A DNA stretch of 63,459 bases, counting the filler, from Craspedostauros australis (lineage: Eukaryota): NCBI GenBank assembly GCA_030167865.1. It is 15 parts of 15 records of this genome, joined end to end, with 100 filler letters (N's around TTAATTAATTAA, not from the genome) between each part and the next. Parts side by side here need not be neighbours in the genome. Positions count along the whole stretch, not along the records: positions 49,176 to 56,961 come from JALAGF010003542.1; positions 57,062 to 58,766 come from JALAGF010003544.1; positions 58,867 to 62,075 come from JALAGF010003545.1; positions 62,176 to 63,459 come from JALAGF010003554.1; 11 more parts are not named here. One strand, given 5' to 3'. Under the pieces are notes generated by a model. That model did not search any database and was not told the origin of the DNA. It saw nothing but the letters and a program-made list of their open reading frames with translations. The position numbers were made by a program, and so were the translations under genes. Below, piece by piece: positions 55,651-63,459 of this stretch. The stretch's first letter is position 1; every line of letters starts with the position of its first letter.

Positions 55651-56244
55651 ATGAACACCACCACCACCACCAAGAATAACACCAAGAAGACAGTCAGGTT
55701 CAACGAGAGCGTGCGATGCAAGTTCGTGCTTCACAACAAGAACTACACAGAGGAAGAGCACAGCAACGCCTTCATGAGCCACGAAGACATGCAGGCCATC
55801 AAGGCCGACATCCGATCCACGCTGAGAGCCATCAACGATGGCACCATGCCAATGCAGCGCGGCTTGGAATCGCGCACGAGGGAGGCCTCGGAACGGCGCT
55901 CGGCTCTGAAGCACTGTGCCAGAACCACCGTCCTGGACGAACAGGCAGACCAGAAGGTCGCCGGTGATCACGATCCTGACTTCATCGCCTCCATGTACCA
56001 GCAGGTCAGCAAGAAGAGCCAGAAGGCTGCCGCCATGCGCGGAAAGATGGATGAAGAGGAGGCCGAGATGATCAGAGGCGAGGACATCATCAGCCGCCAA
56101 CAGAGATCGCAATCGCATCCAGACTGCGAGTCATATTCTCCAAAGACCATCTCGCTTGCTTCCAAGCTGAGATCGAACCCAATCAAGCCATTGAAGTCGT
56201 TGGCAGTTGGTCCCATTCGCATGTTCATCGGCAAGGCAGCCTAA
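55651..56244 (+). CDS. Second member of the 'VRF...RGLE' family
   Basis: KKTVRFNESVRC, QRGLESRTRE, VLDEQ, DPDFIASMY and RGKMDE. Ends GKAA like its paralog. Confidence 0.88.
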   Translation: MNTTTTTKNNTKKTVRFNESVRCKFVLHNKNYTEEEHSNAFMSHEDMQAIKADIRSTLRAINDGTMPMQRGLESRTREASERRSALKHCARTTVLDEQADQKVAGDHDPDFIASMYQQVSKKSQKAAAMRGKMDEEEAEMIRGEDIISRQQRSQSHPDCESYSPKTISLASKLRSNPIKPLKSLAVGPIRMFIGKAA

Positions 56245-57061
56245 GCACCGAATGGACCATGCATTGGTATCAATACGCTATAAACAAGTCAATGCCGTGG
56301 GCAGCTTGATGGGGAAGGGGGTGTACATACACATAGAAACACAAAATAGAGATAGACAAACAGACACAAACACACAGACACAATCACAACTACCATAGAA
56401 CTTATCACAATGCGATTGCTCTACACGACGAAATGCACTTGGCACAACACTATAATAGTAGTACGACTATGCCATGTACTCGCACCTGATTCCATGACCG
56501 TCTTTGCCACAGCGTCGGTGACGAGACTTTCAGAGGTATTGTTGCGTCAAGCGACTGATCGATTTTCCTTCCTCTCACCCCACATCCTCTTTGATTTGCT
56601 TTGGTGCTCGCATCTTCCTCGTCTCATTTGCTCGAACGCGAGGTATGGTGCAAGTAACCGCAGCACAGAACAGGAGTAGATTAGATTAGATCGTACACAG
56701 AGCGACATCGACCGAACCTGACATTCCTCATTTTGGAACTGCAAGGACGAAGTCCACGTCTGCGCACAGGATCATCAAGGTCGCTGTGAGCAACTGTACG
56801 TACGATCATCGTGACGGGCGCACTTTGATCTCCTTGCCTCTCTCTCTCTCTGTGTCTGCGCGTGCTGTGGATCCCTGTGTCAGTTCCATCGTTGGTGTGC
56901 ACGTCTGCTGGCAAGATCAGCACAACGAGGTCATCATCTCACAGAGACTCCACAGAGACTCNNNNNNNNNNNNNNNNNNNNNNNNNNNNNNNNNNNNNNN
57001 NNNNNTTAATTAATTAANNNNNNNNNNNNNNNNNNNNNNNNNNNNNNNNNNNNNNNNNNNN

Positions 57062-57715
57062 AACAATCAGAATTTTGGAAGGAAATTCGTGAACAACGAT
57101 TTCTGAGAGCATCAGGAATCTCGTCCATCCATCAACCAACTGAAACATGTGACATCGAGCAAGAATCGATGTACTTCCCAACTAAACCTCAAATGACGAT
57201 ATCCTTGCCAGACCATTGCATCATCAATGGAATATGGAATCTGGAGGACCATGGAAGGTGACAGCTGACATCGACAGGATGTCATCATGTCACCACGTCA
57301 TCATCTGTCTCCACATCAGATCAAGAAGGTGAAGATTCAATGACCAAGGGACATTGAGATCGTGGATATACAAGGAGGAGTTGAAGATAAGACATTGGCA
57401 ATTAATCGTGGAGTTGTGGGCCAGTAGAGAATGAACTGACGGAGTATCAAATATGGAGCACGTATCGAGCACGGAATATCCCATGGTATGAACATGTAAT
57501 ACCAAGAGAGAGAATACGAGCAATAGCAAGAGAGCATCTTGTGTGCCAACTCATGGTTGGGCAGACCAACGAAAGACTCCAAGAGCATCGGACCAACAGC
57601 AGCGACTCCAAGAGCATTGGAGTGCCAACGTAATGAAATAGCAAACAGAATCGTAACAACAACCATCACCATCTTCCATGATCGCAAGGGTATCCATGAG
57701 CGGAACTTGCCAACA
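57062..57715 (-). mobile_element. Family 2 element, CpG-decayed copy
   Basis: Aligns with about 2935-3587 and ends GGAACTTGCCAACA. Confidence 0.8.
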
Positions 57716-58866
57716 CAGACAACTCCAAGATATGTGAACCTGGCCTATTAGCACCATCCCCGCTGTGCTGAAACCACTGTGGAGTAAGCCGCCGCTGCAG
57801 GACCAACTCCTGGCACAAATCATTTGGGTTCAGGCCATGCGGCAAGGCCTCTGCAATGCTGCACCTCCAGCCATGAAGGTGCTCCTCAACTGGATGCGTA
57901 CCCACTGCAGGCAAGCCCAAGTGCCTGCCCCACACAGCCTGATGACGCCAACGCAGGCAGCCCGCCCGCACCATTGACCTACACATGCCACCGACTAAGA
58001 CACTACACAGCATTAGATCCGTTCCTGCTATGTGCGCCCACGTAGAATAAACGAGGCGAAATGAAAGCGCCCCTGGTGCATGACTTAACAGTTATCATCA
58101 GTGTGGTATATATGGATGTATGTGTTGTTGGTGTCGATTGGTTGGCAAAACTTGGGTGCTTTGCCTTGCGTGCTTGTTGTTTCATTGTCGATCCCACTGT
58201 CACACAAGCTACATACTTGCTCCGCAGATGAAGGTGAGTTGAAAGGAAGGGAGGAGGCAGCATTGATTGGCAGTCTTGTCAACGAGTGTCTTCATGTTTG
58301 TGTTGAGGGTCGGGTGTGGATCATAACACACAAGAATCCAACGTTCTTGGTCATCGCTAACGACATGAATGGCTCACAGACCAAAGCATGTAGTTTTTGG
58401 CATTATCGTCCCTATTTTTGTGTACTGGTTGATGTTTGGACAGAAAGCAACAAGAAGAGGCAGGAATCATGTGGTGATTGGCGCACAGAAGATGCGAAAA
58501 GAGATTGATCCGAACAGTCGAATCAACCATTTTCCTTCAGAATTGGAAAAAAACGCGAAACCATTGTTGGTACCATGCGGAAACGAGCCGTTTGATGAAA
58601 AAGTGCGGGACCTGACACATGACGAACGTGCGCGAGGAGTGTTGGACGAATCGCAAAAATAAGTCTTGTTTGAGAAATCCGCCGCAGCTGTCGTGGGAAA
58701 AACACGAATCGTGACGACACATGGGCATTGCGAAGACCTTAATCCTCGCGAAAGTGAGGATCTCCANNNNNNNNNNNNNNNNNNNNNNNNNNNNNNNNNN
58801 NNNNNNNNNNTTAATTAATTAANNNNNNNNNNNNNNNNNNNNNNNNNNNNNNNNNNNNNNNNNNNN

Positions 58867-59379
58867 ATCGTAGGCATCCGAGGTCTGGAACTTGCCAACA
58901 GAGAGCAGAAGGACGCCTACTGACGTTAACAGGATGTCATCGTGTCGCCACATCGACATCTGTTGCCATGTCAGAAGCAGAAGGTGAAGATTCGATGACC
59001 GAAGGGCATGGAGAATATGGATACACGAGGAGGAGTTCAAGTGGTAAGTACTCATGGAGTAGGAACCAGCAGTGAACCAACGGAGTGTCAAGTGCGGAGT
59101 ACGCATCAAACACGGAGTATCTTGTAACATGAGCACACGGTATTAAGAGAGAGAGAGAGAGAGAGAGAGAATACAAAGAGCAGCGAGAGAGCATCCCACG
59201 TACTGACTCATAGTCGGACGACCCAATCTACGAAACAGATAAACGCGCCAAGAGCATCGGGCAAGAGAACGGACACCGAGAGGATCGGAGTGCCAACGTA
59301 ATGAAATAGCAAACAGAATGACTATCAACCAACACCGTCTTCCACGATCATAGGCATCCCTGTGCGGAACTTGCCAACA
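58867..59379 (-). mobile_element. Family 2 element with a second family 2 terminus nested inside it
   Basis: GGAACTTGCCAACA ends at both 58900 and 59379. 58901-59379 aligns with about 3121-3587. Confidence 0.8.
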
Positions 59380-59536
59380 TGAGACAGCAAGGAGAGAGGG
59401 AGGGAAAGAAAGACACTGTGTTCAGCACAGCAAGCTCAGAATGACATGTACATACAAGAGAACTCTCTGTGTGTAGCTTAGTCTTTGGATAACGAAGTTC
59501 CAACGGACTGGAGGTTCTTGGTGACATGCTGTTGTT

Positions 59537-60292
59537 TGTTGGAAATCCGGGGTTGAGGTAGTAGATTAATCTGTTATCAATCTGTACCAATTTAGAACTG
59601 TGAGAACAAACTCCTTGTCTCTCCAATTCCAATTCAGCAGCAAGTGTAATCCGTAGCAGTTCACCATGATCATGCACATGTTCATGGTTGCTTTCATCTG
59701 CTTCATCAGCTTGCTCTCATGCTCTCTTCTGCAGATTCATCATGCATCATCGTGGTGATTTGCATCTTCTACATTCGAGCAGCATCTCTCATAGACGCAC
59801 AGGTACCTTCAGCATGGGTCTCAGTCTGATCGATCCCACTTGACCTTCGGTTCCTCAGTATTCCTCCTGCGCCATCATCACATACTCACCGGTCATGTTC
59901 ATTCCATGTCGCGTCGTCAATCGTGCTCTTGAGCGGATAGAGGCATCGCTCCCGTTTCTCTTTCTCAGAGAAGCCATCCCTTGTCCGTCGATGCGCGTCA
60001 ACATGTCTGATACATATCGACAGTTTCGCCCATAGTCTTGGCTCATGTGCGATTACATCCCTAGAGGTCGATCCATAGGTTCGCCCTCNNNNNNNNNNNN
60101 NNNNNNNNNNNNNNNNNNNNNNNNNNNNNNNNTGATGTTGATGTCATTCATGAACAGAGGGTTGATGGGGGACAGGCTGCAAGGTGGTCCGAGTGTTACC
60201 AACAAAGTTGACCTCGTCAAGTTGTGAAGATATTATTGGGAGGTGCGGCAATCATGGGTATCTTAGTAAAAGCGTACCCCCGATTCCTGACA
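59537..60292 (+). mobile_element. Family 1 TGT...ACA element with 6-bp TSD
   Basis: TGTTGGAAATCCGGGG...CCCCCGATTCCTGACA, flanked by GTTGTT at 59531-59536 and 60293-60298. Contains an internal N gap. Confidence 0.85.
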
Positions 60293-60914
60293 GTTGTTTT
60301 CCAGCAGCGGACTTGCCTGTGTTTGGATGAGGGTACTGCCCAGCTCTGCTGACAACTAGGAACTCAGAGATGTGTTTGTAACTAAGAGACTAAAATGCAA
60401 GTATGATATTGCATGGATTTTGCTGCGTTGCTTTGGTCTGTGTTCTTTTTGCAACCCGAAGTTTCTCCTCTTGATTTGAAATGTAATCGTGCATCCATGT
60501 TTTGATGGCATTGGTTGGCAGGGCTTCAATTGAACTAATCATGCTGTTGCTCCAGGATCCGATTTGAAGAATGATGCTGTCTGGGGTGATAAACTTGGCT
60601 GTTTGTGTTTCTGAGCCTCGGATACCATATACTCCCACACATTCACATCACCTGCTCTCCTCGTACACAAAGTTGATTCGAGCACACATTCACTGATGAT
60701 ATGGAAACGGGATTTGGCGCCGCACAACCCTGGCTAGCGAAAATACGATACTCGTCATGTTGGACATCGCAACTGGGCCGCTGCAGATTCCATCCAGTAC
60801 GGTGGTCATGATTCGGTGCCATTGGATGCTCTCGTGACTAAGCAGTCCTGCGATCGCCGATATGTTGGGAACAATCTGTTTGCGTTGTTCGTGTTTCGGA
60901 GGTCCTGGATCGCT

Positions 60915-62075
60915 CTAGACCTCTTCGTCATTCTCCTCGGCTTCTCCGACATTCTCGGTCGAGTCCACTGCACCTGCGCCTGCTTCAGCAACTGCTTGAC
61001 CTGCGGCGTCTTCCTCGATTTGCGACAGGCGCATGGAGAAACGGCGGGACAAACGCTCTGCCATCAACATGCGATTCTCGCGAGCATTGTCGTACTCCTC
61101 ATGGCACTGCACAGTCGAAGAAGCAACCAAAGATCGTAGCGGAAAGAGATGGATGGTTTCAGAACAAAGATATCATGTCAGATGCGAGTACGATAGTGTG
61201 ACGAATGAATGAATGAATGGATGGATGGCTGAACGGCTGAATGGTCGGAAACACAGATACATCATACATGCGCACCATCATACCAGCTGCGCATACCATT
61301 CACACAAACCACCCACTCATACCACATGAAACGCACTGTGCCACCCCACAGAACAGGAAACACACTCACCTGACCCATGAAAGCACAGAACTCAAGGAAG
61401 TCAACATATCCGCTGCCATCTGCATCCATCACTGCCCACAACGCTTCGAAGTCATGACGGTTCATTTCGACCGCCTTTCCAGAGCTCAAGAACTCCCACA
61501 TGCCCTCCTTCGTGATGTTGCCAACGGAGCTTGCACGTCGGTCGCTCTTGTTGGCCGTGGATTGGGCGTCGATCTTCTGGAACTCATGTGCCAATGTAGC
61601 GGCATCCATGCGTCTGGCCGGTACGCGGATGCTCATAGTCTGTGCAACACGTGCGGCGAATACGGCACGGTATCTCTTTGCCTGCTGTTTGTTGTAGATG
61701 TAGACTGCGATGGCGACTACGATGAGAAAGAGGAGGACACCGCCGATGGTGAATCCAGCGATGACTCCCGACTTGACGGGTGTGGTTGGCTCTTGGTATG
61801 GGTTTGTGGCGCAGTTGGGATCGAACTGTGTCGTCCATGGATTGAATGATTGATTGGTTGATTGATTGGTGGAATGCATGGAGGGACGGGAGAGATGGCA
61901 AATGAAAGAAGATCGAGAATGTGAGAGGAGGAAGCAGCGGCAGATTTATGAAGTCAAAAAGATCGCCGATGCCAACTGCGCTACGAAAATGTAAGCCTTG
62001 GCATCTGTAGAATACAGAATAGATGTACTTGCCTCACACCATTGCTCCTCTGATGGGTAAACGCCAGTCAGCGAA
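60915..62075 (-). CDS. Paralog or allele of the TM-EF-hand gene, 5'-truncated by a linker
   Basis: Exons 62075-62033, 61825-61370 and 61106-60915. The last two have the same lengths as in copy 1. Homology spans 60735-62075 versus 3754-5068. Confidence 0.8.
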
Positions 62076-62269
62076 NNNNNNNNNNNNNNNNNNNNNNNNN
62101 NNNNNNNNNNNNNNNNNNNTTAATTAATTAANNNNNNNNNNNNNNNNNNNNNNNNNNNNNNNNNNNNNNNNNNNNTGCTCTTCGTTTCAGGACGTTTCAT
62201 TCCCTGGCCTCGAGCTGTATGCCCTCTCGTCACCCTCTCTTCGCTCCGCACTTCGTTCCGCTCTCTACC

Positions 62270-63459
62270 ATGGCCCCCGCTGATGACACCTCTCCGCCCA
62301 CGGCGACGGTGACAACTGCTCAAACCATTTCGCTTCGCCTTGGATGGAAATGGTTTCCGGCCGCCATGGAGGGGCTGCAGGTGCGCTCCGACGACGAACT
62401 CTACGACCTATTCTACGCGCCCGATGACGGCTTTCACGAGTGCCTCTGCGCGTGGTCTGCAACGAGCCCACTTCATGTGCGGCACCTGTGGCGCCTTCGC
62501 GCGTGGTATTTGAAAACCGGCGAGGCTGACGACCAGTGGGCATCCAACCTCTCGGCGCGCGAGTTCCGCCCTTTCATGCGCCTCGAGAATCCGATCCCTC
62601 CCGCCTTCCGCTCCGTCCCCATGTCGGTGGCCTCTGTCGCTTCGCGTGCTGGTAACACAGGTCTACGCGCGGACGACGAGGTCGTGGACATATCCAAGGT
62701 GGCCGATCCTGCTGCGACCGTGCCGCCTGAAGGTGGTCCTCCTCCTCGCGACGGCGACACACCTGGCGATGGTGCGGCTTCTACTGCTCCTGCTGTGGAC
62801 TCGCATACTCTCCCGCCTGCTGACTTCGAGGGTCCTCGTCGTGAGACCGCGGATTTCGACTACGTCACCGACTCTGGCGTGGACTACTCTGTGGCCAACG
62901 CCAGCCCCGCGTTCCGTCGGCACCGTACCTATGAGGTCCCACCCGCTCTCGAGCGTCTGGACTACGGTGTCGGCCCGGCTTGGGACAAGTGGCGTCTTCC
63001 CCTGAAGGACGACTCGCCAGCCGCCGTGTTCAACTGGTACGGCCAGTTCCAGGCTGCTGCGGCGCGCGCAGACTTACACTTTTGCCCGCTGAACTCCTTC
63101 CAGCCGTCCGCCTCTGTCGTTCCGCGCAATGTTCACGGTCCCCGTGTCTTTGCCATGAATGATCAGCTGGTGGTTAAGCTACAGGCCGACGGCATCATCA
63201 ACCTGGAGCATGCGGCACTTCGCCTGAAGTACACCAGCAGCATCGGCATCATGCCACATCGGCTGTCAGCGTACGTGTTCCTGCACACTCTACTCTCTGG
63301 CGCGTACGATGCGGTGCAGACGCAGGTCCACAAGGCGCCGGCATTCCATGGCTCGGTGGCCACGTATGCTGAACAGCTTCTCAGCTATCAGCTCGTGGAG
63401 AGCCTTGTGTTTCGCCGCCACATCTCTCAGCTGGAACTCACCCGCCACTTCCTTGAGGA
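62270..63459 (+). mobile_element. Open gag-like ORF of an LTR retrotransposon (probably diatom Copia), running off the window
   Basis: Stop-free frame from ATG 62270 to the window end (about 396 codons): ...VFNWYGQFQ..LHFCPLNSF..AYVFLHTLL..YAEQLLSYQLVE..ELTRHFL. GC- and CpG-rich. The gag call is pattern recall only. Confidence 0.6.

Noticed and set aside
6507..62131. Recurrent TTAATTAATTAA as a CRISPR-like or biological repeat
   Set aside because: It is always centred in 44+44 Ns, so it is an artificial six-frame-stop linker.
1..63459. Prokaryotic operon, defence system, rRNA/tRNA or CRISPR array
   Set aside because: Genes are spliced and eukaryotic. I saw no repeat-spacer array or RNA gene pattern, though I could not run covariance searches.

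Overview
This window is eukaryotic nuclear DNA, very probably from a diatom. The evidence is spliceosomal introns, a plastid bipartite presequence, a cyclase-phosphodiesterase fusion and diatom-type Copia remnants. It is not one continuous locus: 14 artificial 100-nt linkers (N44-TTAATTAATTAA-N44) join 15 contigs or scaffolds, so adjacency across a linker means nothing. Several base-identical 'duplications' that start or stop at contig ends are probably collapsed repeats. Supported host genes are: a 4-exon single-pass membrane protein with a cytosolic EF-hand (plus a partial paralog), a thylakoid-lumen cyclophilin, a ~2,430-aa disordered protein with SxIP motifs, a small conserved type I membrane protein, VPS29, two 3'-partial guanylate cyclase-PDE fusions, a chalcone-isomerase-fold protein, an ankyrin protein, two diatom 'VRF...RGLE' family genes and a spliced glutaredoxin absent from the ORF track. 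Mobile DNA is abundant: a PIF/Harbinger element (Myb-like ORF, convergent DDE nuclease, hairpin-rich end), Copia pol remnants, an open gag-like ORF, and two families of ~0.65-0.75 kb TGTTGG-ended non-coding elements. Two complete copies of one family carry exact 6-bp target-site duplications. I found no prokaryote-style novel system. The best leads are the 6-bp-TSD elements, the SxIP-rich giant protein, the EF-hand receptor-like protein and the CHI-fold fusion.
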